64,000 bases of DNA from Microgenomates group bacterium GW2011_GWF2_46_18 (GCA_001002415.1 LCMB01000005.1:13621-77620), one strand, 5' to 3'; positions 8,945 to 18,720 are shown, counted from the stretch's first letter. Notes: generated by a model from the sequence alone, not told the origin. Made by a program: numbers and translations.

Positions 8945-9949
8945 ATGACTAAAGAACCTACCATCCTCTCTATCGAAACCAGTCTCGACGACACTTGTGC
9001 CGCCGTCACCTGTGGCCGGCGCGTCCTTAGTAATGTCGTTTCCTCTCAAAGTAGTTATCACGCCGATTGGGGCGGGACCGTCCCCGATTTGGCCAAACGT
9101 CTCCACCAAAAGTGGCTCCCCCAAGTCGTTAATCTCGCTCTCAAACAAGCTGGAACCCCTCAGCTGGATGCTCTTGCCGTCACCATCGGTCCCGGCCTCG
9201 CCCCTGCCCTTGAACAAGGAATTGCTTACTGTCAACACTTAGCCCTAAACCATAAGCTACCCATTATCGCCGTCAATCATCTGGAGGGACACCTTTTGTC
9301 CAGTTTTGCCGAAACCCGATCCGGTTCCCGTGGGTTAACCAAACCCATCTACCCCACTTTGGGTTTCCTGATCTCGGGCGGCCACACCGAACTAGTCCTA
9401 ATGCACCAAATCGGCCGCTACGAACTCTTGGGTGAAACCTTAGACGATGCTGCCGGCGAGGCCTACGACAAAGTGGCTCGTTTACTCATGCTAGGCTATC
9501 CTGGTGGTCCCCTCCTCAGTAGCCTCGCTCAATCGGGCACTCCTCGCTACCCTCTCCCCGAACCCATGACCGCTCGGAAAGATCTCAATTTTAGTTTTTC
9601 TGGTCTCAAAGCCGCCGCTCGCCGATACCTAGAACACGAACAACCCGCTCTAACCCTCCAATTTACTCAGGATTTTGCCGCCAGTTTCCAACAGGCTGTT
9701 TTTAAACATCTCTTAACCCGCTTCCGCCGTGCCATCGACTTATATTCTCCCCGAATGATTCTCTTGGGAGGTGGGGTCGTCAGTAACGTGGCTCTTCGCG
9801 CGCTCACTCGCTCGGTAGCCAACGAATCCGGCCTCCCCGTCTACTTTCCCTCCAACAAGAAATTGATCACTGATAATGCGGCCATGATCGGCATCGTGGC
9901 CTCCTATAAATTTGCTCGCCAAGAATTTACCGATCCAAAACTTTCCTAA
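8945..9949 (+). CDS. tsaD: tRNA N6-adenosine threonylcarbamoyltransferase
   Basis: IETSLDDT, GPGL, NHLEGH, SGGHT, DDAAGEAYDK, FSFSGLK and TDNAAMIG motifs. Confidence 0.95.
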   Translation: MTKEPTILSIETSLDDTCAAVTCGRRVLSNVVSSQSSYHADWGGTVPDLAKRLHQKWLPQVVNLALKQAGTPQLDALAVTIGPGLAPALEQGIAYCQHLALNHKLPIIAVNHLEGHLLSSFAETRSGSRGLTKPIYPTLGFLISGGHTELVLMHQIGRYELLGETLDDAAGEAYDKVARLLMLGYPGGPLLSSLAQSGTPRYPLPEPMTARKDLNFSFSGLKAAARRYLEHEQPALTLQFTQDFAASFQQAVFKHLLTRFRRAIDLYSPRMILLGGGVVSNVALRALTRSVANESGLPVYFPSNKKLITDNAAMIGIVASYKFARQEFTDPKLS

Positions 9950-10292
9950 CAACCGCTACCGGCAGCATCAAACACTTCATCCTCCCTGGGTTAACCGTAA
10001 ATCCAATCCCTTTCGAAAGTAAATCTTCCTCACTCATTTTCCGTATCTCCTGCAAGGTCCGACCTCGTAGATACTCGCTCAGCTTGCTAGCCGCCGCGGT
10101 CGTAATCGCACACCCTATCCCCTTCCATTTCACCTCCTCGATTCTCCCTTTCTTAATTTTCAAATAGAATTGGACCATATCTCCACAACTGGCATTACTA
10201 TCTCGCGCACTCTCTACTCCCTCTCCCGTCAGCTCTCCCTGATTTCTTGGGTGTTCGTAATGATCTAACACGTCCTCTCGATATAAATCCAT
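9927..10292 (-). CDS. sufU: SufU/NifU-like Fe-S scaffold or sulfur acceptor
   Basis: HYEHPRN, NASCGD, GCAI and RMKC motifs. Confidence 0.9.
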   Translation of the reverse strand: MDLYREDVLDHYEHPRNQGELTGEGVESARDSNASCGDMVQFYLKIKKGRIEEVKWKGIGCAITTAAASKLSEYLRGRTLQEIRKMSEEDLLSKGIGFTVNPGRMKCLMLPVAVVRKVLDR

Positions 10293-10294
10293 AC

Positions 10295-11524
10295 CTATTT
10301 CCCAAAAACTGTTTTTACTTTTTGTAAAGCCTCTACCAACTTCTTGATGTCTTCCTTCGTCGTATACACATTAAAACTTGCCCGAACCGATGCGGTAATC
10401 CCCATCGATTTATGTAGTGGCATAGTACAGTGATGTCCGCTCCGTACCGCCACTCCCTCCGAATCCAAAATCGTCGCCACATCATGCGCATGTACCCCCT
10501 GGTATTCAAAACTCACACTGCCAGATCTGTAGTTAGCATCTTTCGGCCCCAAAATTACAAGGTTCCGTACCTTGTAAAATTCCTGCAGTGCATATTCAAC
10601 AATTTGCTTATCGTGTCCTCTCACTTCTTCCATCCCCAATCGTTCTAGGTAATCAATCGCACTTGCTAGTCCCACCGCTCCGGCTACATTGGGTGTTCCC
10701 GCCTCAAATTTATCTGGTAAATCGGCCCAAGTTGAGTTCTCCCTAGTTACCTCATTAATCATCCCTCCGCCCGTCAAAAATGGTGACATTGGGTCTAATA
10801 TTTCCCTTCGTCCTACCAAAACTCCTATTCCCATTGGTCCCAACATTTTGTGACCACTAAAAGCATAAAAATCACACCCAATTTGATTCACCTTTACTCC
10901 CATGTGTGGGACCGCTTGCGCTCCGTCAACTACTACCACCGCCCCTGCCTTATGTGCCATTTTGGTCATTTTTTTGACCGGATTAATGGTTCCCAAAGCG
11001 TTAGATACATGTCCAAATGCCACCAGTTTGGGTGCCAGAGTTAATTTTTGCTGGTATTCCGCGAGGTCAAGTAATCCTTCGCTCGTTACCCCCACCACTT
11101 CCACTTTTGCTCCAGTTCTTCTGGCCACTTCTTGCCAGGGCACCAAATTAGAGTGGTGTTCCATTACTGTCGTCACCATCGTGTCACCCTGTTTCAAATT
11201 ATCGAGTCCCCACGTATACGCCACCAAATTGAGTGCTTCCGTAGTATTTCTAACAAAAATTACTTCCCCTTCTCTTACTCCCACAAACCTTGCCACTGTC
11301 TGCCTAGCTTTCGCTAATAATTGTGTTGCCTCATCTCCCAGCGTATGGGCTCCCCGGTGAACATTGGCGTTATGTTGTTCGTAATACTCCTTTTCTGCCA
11401 GCAACACTTCCCTGGGTTTCTGGCTGGTCGCCGCACTATCCAAATAAACCAGGGGCTTACCCTTAACTTCCCGCGTTAGTATTGGAAAATCTCTCCGTAG
11501 TACCTTTGGGTCAAACATAGGCAA
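10295..11524 (-). CDS. sufS: Cysteine desulfurase
   Basis: YLDSAATSQKP, SGHKMLGP, FEAGTP and VRSGHHC motifs. Confidence 0.95.
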   Translation of the reverse strand: MPMFDPKVLRRDFPILTREVKGKPLVYLDSAATSQKPREVLLAEKEYYEQHNANVHRGAHTLGDEATQLLAKARQTVARFVGVREGEVIFVRNTTEALNLVAYTWGLDNLKQGDTMVTTVMEHHSNLVPWQEVARRTGAKVEVVGVTSEGLLDLAEYQQKLTLAPKLVAFGHVSNALGTINPVKKMTKMAHKAGAVVVVDGAQAVPHMGVKVNQIGCDFYAFSGHKMLGPMGIGVLVGRREILDPMSPFLTGGGMINEVTRENSTWADLPDKFEAGTPNVAGAVGLASAIDYLERLGMEEVRGHDKQIVEYALQEFYKVRNLVILGPKDANYRSGSVSFEYQGVHAHDVATILDSEGVAVRSGHHCTMPLHKSMGITASVRASFNVYTTKEDIKKLVEALQKVKTVFGK

Positions 11525-11525
11525 A

Positions 11526-11993
11526 TTATACTCCCAACCATCCCAAAACTATCTTGTCGATTGCTTCCGCCTCGCTTAATCCCCGGCTTCGCAAATACCC
11601 AATTTGTTCTGAATCCACTGGTCCTACACTGGCCGCGTGGCTAGCCTTGACATTATTTGCTTCGATCTCCAACTCTGGCTCTGCCATCACTTGGGACGTT
11701 GAAGAAAGCATTAACCCTCGCATCTCCAGAAAATTCTCTGTCTCTTGCGCCTTCTTTGCGATTTTAATTACCCCTCTGATTTTTACTCTCGCATTTCTTC
11801 CCACCACCGTTTTTACCGTCACCCTTCCTCTTGTCTCTCCCACTCGGTGGTCAGCCACCACCAAAAGCTCATACTCCCCCTCTCCTCTGGCATCAATAAT
11901 CCCCTCCCACTCCTTCTCCTCCCCCCTTTTCTCAAACAGAATCACTACCTTCCACTTCCCTGGTTTACTATATTTTTTAACTATTTTTCGCAT
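11526..11993 (-). CDS. sufD: Short SufD-like protein (C-terminal part only)
   Basis: PELEIEANNVKASHAASVG...YLRSRGL; only 155 aa. Confidence 0.75.
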   Translation of the reverse strand: MRKIVKKYSKPGKWKVVILFEKRGEEKEWEGIIDARGEGEYELLVVADHRVGETRGRVTVKTVVGRNARVKIRGVIKIAKKAQETENFLEMRGLMLSSTSQVMAEPELEIEANNVKASHAASVGPVDSEQIGYLRSRGLSEAEAIDKIVLGWLGV

Positions 11994-12013
11994 ACAAAGT
12001 CCTCAAAAATGCA

Positions 12014-12128
12014 GGGTGCAGACGTGTTTCACAACTGAAAAAGTTTACGCAGCGCGACTGGCGCGAGTTCGAGGCGGCTCCGCACCAGCGGAGAACGCCG
12101 TCTTTTTCAAGTGAAATACGTCGAACCC
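12014..12128. repeat. Structured ~115-nt dispersed element, copy 1
   Basis: GGGTGCAGACGTGTTTCAC...GTGAAATACGTCGAACCC forms a long closing stem with two internal hairpins; homologous to 27622-27741. Confidence 0.85.
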
Positions 12129-12143
12129 CAGCAGGTATGTTCT

Positions 12144-13520
12144 TCATCCTACACTTCCAATCATTTCCAATTTAACTAATCTGTTTAGCTCCACCGCATA
12201 CTCCAAAGGCAACTCCGCCACAATCGGCTCCAAAAATCCCCTAATTATCAAAGTCTGCGCTTCTTCCTCGGTCAACCCACGGCTCATTAAATATTTTATC
12301 TGTTCCTCCCCCACTCGAGAGACATAAGCCTCATGCTCAATTTGAGAGCTCCCTGTCAAAATCTGATTATTGGGATACGTATCACTCCGACTTAAGGGGT
12401 CCATAATCAAAGCGTCACACGTAACCTTACTCCGAGATCCTAGAGCGGCCGGACCCATCTTTACTTGTCCCCGATAACTAGCTCTTCCCCCCTTTTGACT
12501 AATCGATTTACTAATTATTCGCGAAGTTGTTCGGGGAGCCAGGTGTATCATCTTCGCTCCCGTGTCTTGGTCTTGACCATTGCCTGCGACCGCCATCGAC
12601 AACATCTCTCCATGTGCTCCTTCTCCCTGCAAAATACAACTCGGATATTTCATTGTTACCCTCGATCCCAAATTACAGTCCACCCACTCCATCGTGGCGT
12701 CTTTTGCGACCGTTGCCCGCTTAGTCACCAAGTTGTAAACCGTCTTATACCAATTTTGCACCGTCGTATACCGAACTTTTGCTCGCTCCTTCACAATCAC
12801 TTCCACTACCGCCGCATGTAAACTAGCACTGCTATACGCTGGTGCACTACATCCTTCCACATAATGGACCCTCGCCCCCTCCTCAACCACAATCAATGTT
12901 CTCTCAAACTGTCCGGCTTTCTCCGCATTAATCCGAAAATACGCTTGGAGCGGCAAATCGACTTGGATTCCTGCTGGTACATATACAAAACTCCCGCCGC
13001 TCCACACCGCTGTATTTAACGCCGCCAGCTTATTGTCTCCGTATGGCACAATTTTGCCAAAATATTTCTTGACTATTTCTGGGTATTGCGTAAGTCCTTC
13101 GTCCATCGACAAAAACACTACTCCTTGTTTCGCCAAACTTGCTTTAAGACTTCCATAAATTTTTTCGCTATCAAACTGAGCGGTTACTCCTGCTAAAAAG
13201 GCCTTTTCTGCTTCTGGTACTCCGATTGCCGTAAACACTCGGCGCACCGAATCTGGTACTTCCTTCCAACTTTTGTATGGCAAGTCCACTGGCCGCAAAT
13301 AATAATAGATTTCCCCCCACTTAATTTGTGACAAATCCGCTCCCCAGGATGGTATCGGCATGGCCTCAAACTGTTCTAGTGCCACAAGCCTCATTTTAAG
13401 CATCCATGCCGGCTCTCCCTTTTTCCGTGAAATCTCTCTCACCAGGTTCTCACTTAATCCTCTTTGGCTCTTATAGCGATAGCTCCCCGTACCACTGTTC
13501 TCATTCAATATCTGTTTCAT
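12144..13520 (-). CDS. sufB: Fe-S cluster assembly protein SufB
   Basis: AVWSGGSF, GQFERTLI, YVEGC, TMKYPSC and EYAVELNRL..LEMIGSVG. Confidence 0.96.
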   Translation of the reverse strand: MKQILNENSGTGSYRYKSQRGLSENLVREISRKKGEPAWMLKMRLVALEQFEAMPIPSWGADLSQIKWGEIYYYLRPVDLPYKSWKEVPDSVRRVFTAIGVPEAEKAFLAGVTAQFDSEKIYGSLKASLAKQGVVFLSMDEGLTQYPEIVKKYFGKIVPYGDNKLAALNTAVWSGGSFVYVPAGIQVDLPLQAYFRINAEKAGQFERTLIVVEEGARVHYVEGCSAPAYSSASLHAAVVEVIVKERAKVRYTTVQNWYKTVYNLVTKRATVAKDATMEWVDCNLGSRVTMKYPSCILQGEGAHGEMLSMAVAGNGQDQDTGAKMIHLAPRTTSRIISKSISQKGGRASYRGQVKMGPAALGSRSKVTCDALIMDPLSRSDTYPNNQILTGSSQIEHEAYVSRVGEEQIKYLMSRGLTEEEAQTLIIRGFLEPIVAELPLEYAVELNRLVKLEMIGSVG

Positions 13521-13525
13521 ACTCT

Positions 13526-14188
13526 CTATTTCATCTCCACAATTTCATCCACTTCAATTTCTTCCAACATTTTCTTGTTATGCGTAATTAGTAAAAAGCT
13601 GGTACCAGTCTTTTTCATCTCATTTATCACCTCCGCCACCATCTCCACTCCTTTAGCATCGATTCCCGAATCTACTTCGTCCAATATCGCGAGGCTCGGC
13701 TGTAACAGTAATAATTGCAATAATTCCAATCTCTTCTTCTCTCCCCCACTAAACCCCTCATTCATATTTCTCCCCACATGTTTCTTCGTTAAACCGACCC
13801 GAATTGCCAAACTTTCTAATTCTTTTTTAAATTCCGTTAGTTTTTCGATCTTGCCTCTTCCTATTTCGTAACTGGTTTTACACACACTAAACACACTCAC
13901 TCCGGGTATCGTCACTGGATTTTGCCACGCTACCAACATTCCCAGCCTTGCTCTTTCTGTAATGTCTAATTTTAGTAAGTCTTTTCCTCTATATAACACC
14001 TTGCTATGTTCCGAAATTTGATACCTCCTATCTCCCATTAACACTTGTGCTAAGGTAGTTTTCCCACTCCCATTTTTTCCCATCAACGCCACAACTTCGT
14101 TTTTCCCCACCCTCAAATTAAAATCTGCTATTACCCTCTTCCCCTCCACCTCTACACTCAAGTTAACTATCTGTAGCAATTCTTCCAT
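13526..14188 (-). CDS. sufC: Fe-S cluster assembly ATPase SufC
   Basis: GKNGSGKT, NEGFSGGEKKR and LDEVDSG motifs. Confidence 0.93.
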   Translation of the reverse strand: MEELLQIVNLSVEVEGKRVIADFNLRVGKNEVVALMGKNGSGKTTLAQVLMGDRRYQISEHSKVLYRGKDLLKLDITERARLGMLVAWQNPVTIPGVSVFSVCKTSYEIGRGKIEKLTEFKKELESLAIRVGLTKKHVGRNMNEGFSGGEKKRLELLQLLLLQPSLAILDEVDSGIDAKGVEMVAEVINEMKKTGTSFLLITHNKKMLEEIEVDEIVEMK

Positions 14189-14190
14189 TA

Positions 14191-14601
14191 TTACTTCCTA
14201 CCCATTTCATCCAAACTATACTCATCCAAAATCTTCTCTATTTTCTCCGTTATTGCACCCATCATTCTTCGGTGAGGACATGTTTTAGCCAGAGGGCACG
14301 GCCTAGCTCCGTGTACCAAACACCCAGTTGTTGCCAATTTTCCCTCAATCGCCTCGACCACTTTTCGCAAACTAATTTTTTGCGGGTTCCCCAAGAGTCG
14401 ATATCCTCCGCCTCTTCCCTCTTTCGCCGCAATCAACCCTGCTTTGATCAAATCTCGTGCAATCTTAACCAAAAAAGATCTGGGCAACCCCGACTTCTGC
14501 ATCTTGGCTACCGATACGGTTGTCCCTCTCCCTGCCGCAACCAGCATGGTCATCATCATCAATCCATACTCTGTTTTTTTGCGAAACCGAAATGAACTCA
14601 T
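14191..14601 (-). CDS. Rrf2/IscR family transcription regulator
   Basis: EYGL..., GRGGGYRL, EAIEG and three Cys; heads the suf operon. Confidence 0.88.
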   Translation of the reverse strand: MSSFRFRKKTEYGLMMMTMLVAAGRGTTVSVAKMQKSGLPRSFLVKIARDLIKAGLIAAKEGRGGGYRLLGNPQKISLRKVVEAIEGKLATTGCLVHGARPCPLAKTCPHRRMMGAITEKIEKILDEYSLDEMGRK

Positions 14602-14640
14602 AAACTATCCCCATCATAATCCAAGTTTGCCAAAAATCAA

Positions 14641-15225
14641 CTAAAACAATGTCGTTTGCACTTGTACTTTCGTTTTTCTTTGTTTTTCAAAATCCACTGG
14701 CACTTCGATCAAATTGTTCCACTTATTCTTAAACCGCAAAATTTTATTTTTGACTCCGTAATCATATAATTCCTTTGTCACTTTTACGTCCTGCAAACAA
14801 TATTTTTCTAGTTTTTCCCACTCTCCCTCGTGGTAATAGGTAATTGCATCTAGTCCATGCCCGCTTTTTTGCATCCCCAAAGTCTCCTTGGCTACCGCAT
14901 CAAGGCCTACCCTGTGCCCCAAGTGTTTTTCTAATTCCACCATAATATCCAAACTGGGAAACTGGGAAAAATCTCCCCCATAGTAAGGCTTTAAGGTTGG
15001 ATAATCAAAGGCAATTGTGTTAAACCCAACTACCAAATCAGCTTGTTCCAGTCTTCGCCAAAACGGAGAAAAATTGTCTTCTCGATATCCTACATACTCT
15101 TCTTTATTTCCCTCTTCATCCCGAAAGTAGCTCCCGATGATCGACACTCCCAATTTTTCTGGGAAATATCCTCCCACCTCGTCAAACGCCTTCTTGGTCT
15201 CTACATCAAATACCAACAATTTCAT
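14641..15225 (-). CDS. RNase H-like 3'-5' exonuclease-domain protein
   Basis: FDVET, VGFN...FD and YCLQDV (DEDD-like). Confidence 0.8.
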   Translation of the reverse strand: MKLLVFDVETKKAFDEVGGYFPEKLGVSIIGSYFRDEEGNKEEYVGYREDNFSPFWRRLEQADLVVGFNTIAFDYPTLKPYYGGDFSQFPSLDIMVELEKHLGHRVGLDAVAKETLGMQKSGHGLDAITYYHEGEWEKLEKYCLQDVKVTKELYDYGVKNKILRFKNKWNNLIEVPVDFEKQRKTKVQVQTTLF

Positions 15226-15228
15226 CAG

Positions 15229-16248
15229 TTATGATTTTAGCACCTCAACCCCAGGTAAGCTTCCCTTTTCTAGCAGTGCCAGCATGGCTCCCCCCCCTGT
15301 TGAGACATGATCTATTCTGGCCAAGTGTTCCTCTTTGCCGATCATCGCCAGAGTGTCCCCCCCACCCACCAATGTATAAGCTCCTACATTTGCCGCAATC
15401 GCCTCAAAAATAGCTTCTGTTCCCTCTCGGTATATCGGTTCTTCCACCATCCCCATTGGCCCATTCCACACAACCGTTTTTGCTTTCACAATCTCCTCTG
15501 TATAAATTTTTTGGGTGGCCCTCCCTATATCCAACAAGTTGGATCCTTCAACTGGCACTAGTACTTTTGCCTTCCCCGTGACAGTTTTCTTCCCCAAAAC
15601 CCACTCATTGGCCAGTTTTCCTCCCAACAATATAATATCTGCCTGGTGAGAGAGTACTTCGATTAACTTTATTTTGTCCTCCACTTTCGCTCCCCCCATT
15701 ACTACCACATATGGTCGCTCCGGCTTCTCTCGAACCCCGATAATTGTGGCAACTTCATCTGCTAACCATAATCCCGCATAACTCGGCAAATATTTTGGAA
15801 TCCCGACGATACTGGCTACCATTCGGTGACTTTCTCCAAACGCCTCATTCACATAAATATCCCCCATTGTGGCTAGTTCCTTGGCAAAATCATCGCTATT
15901 GGCTATTTCTCCCTGAAACCACCTTACATTCTCGAGCATCACGACCCTCTCCTCAGGTACCCTGGTCAAATGATCAAACAAAACTATCTCGCTCCCCACT
16001 AACCCGCTCGCATACTCTCCTATTTGTTTTAAAGACCGCTTCTCTTCCGCCTTACCCAAATGACTAACCAATATAACTTGTGCCGCTTTCTGAGCTAACA
16101 ACCATTTAATGGTCGGTAAAGTCCGCGCGATCCGAGTATCATCCACAATCTGGAGTGCCTTACCTATCGTCACATTCCAATCCACCCGGACAATTACCCG
16201 CTTACCCGCAACCCTCGCTTGTTTAACCGTTCGTAATTGGCTTGCCAT
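15229..16248 (-). CDS. pgk: Phosphoglycerate kinase
   Basis: RVDWNV, SHLG, LENVR, GGAKVEDK, WNGPMG, GGGDT and HVSTGGGA motifs. Confidence 0.95.
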   Translation of the reverse strand: MASQLRTVKQARVAGKRVIVRVDWNVTIGKALQIVDDTRIARTLPTIKWLLAQKAAQVILVSHLGKAEEKRSLKQIGEYASGLVGSEIVLFDHLTRVPEERVVMLENVRWFQGEIANSDDFAKELATMGDIYVNEAFGESHRMVASIVGIPKYLPSYAGLWLADEVATIIGVREKPERPYVVVMGGAKVEDKIKLIEVLSHQADIILLGGKLANEWVLGKKTVTGKAKVLVPVEGSNLLDIGRATQKIYTEEIVKAKTVVWNGPMGMVEEPIYREGTEAIFEAIAANVGAYTLVGGGDTLAMIGKEEHLARIDHVSTGGGAMLALLEKGSLPGVEVLKS

Positions 16249-17068
16249 ATTTTTCGACTATTCCTACTAACTCATCCATCCTGGGTCCCGCCACTTCGCG
16301 GAAAAACTTCTCGCGATCCTTTCCTTCGTACCGGCCAAATTCCTGCCACACCGCTCTCCCCACTGCCATTCCCGCCGCTCCACTTTCACAGGCAATTATT
16401 AACTGCTCTTGATACTGTTCATAATTTACTCCTGCCGAAAGTAACACCCAGGGAACTTCTAATTTCTGGCTGATTCGAACACACTTATCCTGATTTCCCG
16501 GGTATTCCAGTTTAAAAATATCCACCGGTAAATCTATTAGCTCATCTACAATCCGTTCCACCACATATGGATCCTGACTTTTTTTGTAGGTCAAAGGCTC
16601 TAGTAGAAATATCATCCCTTCTCGCTCACACTCCTCCCCCACTTGCTTCGCGATGTCTTTTTGCTTTTTCGCTAGTTCCTTATTTTCCGGGTCATAATAT
16701 AGTAATAATTTAACCCCACTCGCTCCCAACTTCTTAGCGTCGGTAACACTCCAGCCTGGCAAAATCTCGGTTTCCCTCGCTTCTTGTTTACCTCGATACC
16801 CCGTTTTCTCCATCGAGAGGACCCATCCACATTGCGCCCTTGGATCAACCAATTCCCTCCCATAACTCGGATCAATTAATAATCCCGACACCTTATCCCG
16901 ATATAGCTCGACCATTTGCTTCTTCCACTCTCGGATTTCTTGCTCTGTCGTCACCTCCGGATCTTCCGGATGTAACATTGTTTTTAATAATCCTCGATGG
17001 TCCACCGCCGCAATCGTTATTTTGTTCTCATCTGTTAATAACTTCTGTAATCGATCTGTCTTGCTCAT
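16223..17068 (-). CDS. lacD: Class I aldolase, tagatose-1,6-bisphosphate aldolase (LacD) family
   Basis: AAVDHRG, EKTGY, KLLLYY, LLSAGV and GRAVW. Start placed at MSKTDR. Confidence 0.82.
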   Translation of the reverse strand: MSKTDRLQKLLTDENKITIAAVDHRGLLKTMLHPEDPEVTTEQEIREWKKQMVELYRDKVSGLLIDPSYGRELVDPRAQCGWVLSMEKTGYRGKQEARETEILPGWSVTDAKKLGASGVKLLLYYDPENKELAKKQKDIAKQVGEECEREGMIFLLEPLTYKKSQDPYVVERIVDELIDLPVDIFKLEYPGNQDKCVRISQKLEVPWVLLSAGVNYEQYQEQLIIACESGAAGMAVGRAVWQEFGRYEGKDREKFFREVAGPRMDELVGIVEKYGKPITNG

Positions 17069-17088
17069 ACCTCCACTATAACATCCAA

Positions 17089-17382
17089 TTATCTCTCTTC
17101 CTTTACCAATTTCTTCTGCAATATTTTTGGTATTACCCACATCGAAAATCCACTCACCATCATAATTGCCAATACCACCGTAAACTCGATACTTATTTTG
17201 CCATGTAACCAGGCCACGTTCCTTCCCCAACCCAAGCTACTTGCCCATTTCCCCAAGGCTCGATTCTCCATTATTACTCCTGTAAATGACAGTGGTATCC
17301 CCAATCCAATCACCAACCACATTGCAAACCGATGGATCTTTTTACTCCACCCGTAAATCACTCTACCATCTATCTTTTCCAT
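17089..17382 (-). CDS. Small two-TM membrane protein (PepSY-TM-like)
   Basis: KKIHR...TG and LH...SG helices. Confidence 0.55.
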   Translation of the reverse strand: MEKIDGRVIYGWSKKIHRFAMWLVIGLGIPLSFTGVIMENRALGKWASSLGWGRNVAWLHGKISIEFTVVLAIMMVSGFSMWVIPKILQKKLVKEER

Positions 17383-17681
17383 TTTGTTTTCTCCTTTCCC
17401 ATTTTCTTTTTTAATCCTTGCTGCAATTTATTTATTACCTGATCCACCGCCGTCAACAAGTTTTCATCTCTACCCTCCGCTACCACATCCTTCCCAGGAA
17501 TTTTTAAATCCACCTTTACTTTATATCCCCACCGCTCTCCCTTCGAAAGTTTGACCCATCCCTCCCTCAAATCACTCGATACATGTTTTAGATACTTATC
17601 TAGTCCCGCCAATTTTTTCGCAATCTTCCTTTTAATATCTCCCTCCGTACTCACTCGATCAAACCAAAATGCTAACTTCAT
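17370..17681 (-). CDS. Ribosome hibernation promoting factor (HPF/RaiA-like)
   Basis: KKLAGLDKY...VVAEGRDENLLTAVDQVINKLQQGLKK; RBS AAGGAGGT. Confidence 0.7.
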   Translation of the reverse strand: MKLAFWFDRVSTEGDIKRKIAKKLAGLDKYLKHVSSDLREGWVKLSKGERWGYKVKVDLKIPGKDVVAEGRDENLLTAVDQVINKLQQGLKKKMGKEKTKWKR

Positions 17682-17703
17682 AGCTACTACCTCCTTAATA
17701 CTT

Positions 17704-18372
17704 TTATACTCTCCGCGCCACAATTAGTGATAGTCCCTTGCCCCACCGACTGCTATCCTCCTTTCTTTCAATCTCAAACCCAGCTTTTTGTAACTTTTTC
17801 TCAATCTTCGCTACTTGTTTCCCCTTGCGCGGATGCACCTCAACCATGATCGTTTTTACTTCGTTTAGCTCCGCCCGCTCTAATACTTCATACTCCATCC
17901 CCTCGATATCCATCTTGATTAAATCAACTCCAGGTAATATCTGATTTATCCCCACCGCCAACACCAAAAATCCTCTGGTATGCAAAACCCCTCTCCACCC
18001 CCCACAGACAATCCCCACTCCACTCCGCCATTCGTTCGTAAATATCGGCTCCTGCAAAGTGATCTCGCCGCTTTTGGGGGCAATCGCCGCATTAATACAG
18101 CTCACCTGTGTTAGTTGATTTTCCTGGATATTCTTGGTTAATAATGCAAAGTTTTGTCTATCCGGCTCGTAGGCCAAGATTCTGGCCTTGGGATAAATCT
18201 GCGCAAAGTACAAGCTCACCAACCCAATATGTGCTCCCGCATCTACAATTAACTTGGGTTCAATCCCATCTGTATAATAAGCATGTTTGGTCCAGACTTC
18301 TTTCCTGATCTCGTTAAATTCTTCCGCATTTTCATAACTTACCAGGTACTTCCCGATTCTCGCGCTCTGCAT
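17704..18372 (-). CDS. FkbM family methyltransferase
   Basis: DAGAHIG, YEPD, IKMDIEGME and VEVH motifs. Confidence 0.9.
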   Translation of the reverse strand: MQSARIGKYLVSYENAEEFNEIRKEVWTKHAYYTDGIEPKLIVDAGAHIGLVSLYFAQIYPKARILAYEPDRQNFALLTKNIQENQLTQVSCINAAIAPKSGEITLQEPIFTNEWRSGVGIVCGGWRGVLHTRGFLVLAVGINQILPGVDLIKMDIEGMEYEVLERAELNEVKTIMVEVHPRKGKQVAKIEKKLQKAGFEIERKEDSSRWGKGLSLIVARRV

Positions 18373-18408
18373 AACCCTATTATCTCACGTGTTAAAATAT
18401 CCCCGCGA

Positions 18409-18493
18409 GGAGGGGTCACATAGTGGTCTAGTGTAGCGGTTTACTAAACCGCCGTAGCGCAAGTTACCGAGGGTTCGAATCCCTCCCCCTCCG
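18409..18493 (+). tRNA. tRNA-Ser(ACT); A34, long variable arm, CCA not encoded
   Basis: Acceptor GGAGGGG/CCCCTCC with G73; anticodon arm GCGGT-TTACTAA-ACCGC; T-arm GAGGG-TTCGAAT-CCCTC. Confidence 0.88.
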
Positions 18494-18518
18494 CTTCCCT
18501 GATATAATCTTCTCCACA

Positions 18519-18601
18519 GGAGGTGTCGCCTAGTGGTATGGCACGAGTTCGCTAAACTCGCACCCGCAAGGGTGTCGTGGGTTCGATTCCCACCGCCTCC
18601 G
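18519..18601 (+). tRNA. tRNA-Ser(GCT) with C33; long variable arm, CCA not encoded
   Basis: Acceptor GGAGGTG/CGCCTCC with G73; anticodon arm CGAGT-TCGCTAA-ACTCG; T-arm GTGGG-TTCGATT-CCCAC; own TATAAT at 18503-18508. Confidence 0.9.
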
Positions 18602-18720
18602 CAGTTTATAAAAAAATTATAAAATCCACCAGACGAAATTATAATGATTCTATAAAATAAGACTGTGAGAAAAAGAACCTAATATTGTTATAATATTTTT
18701 ATATTTGAATAACCACTGAT

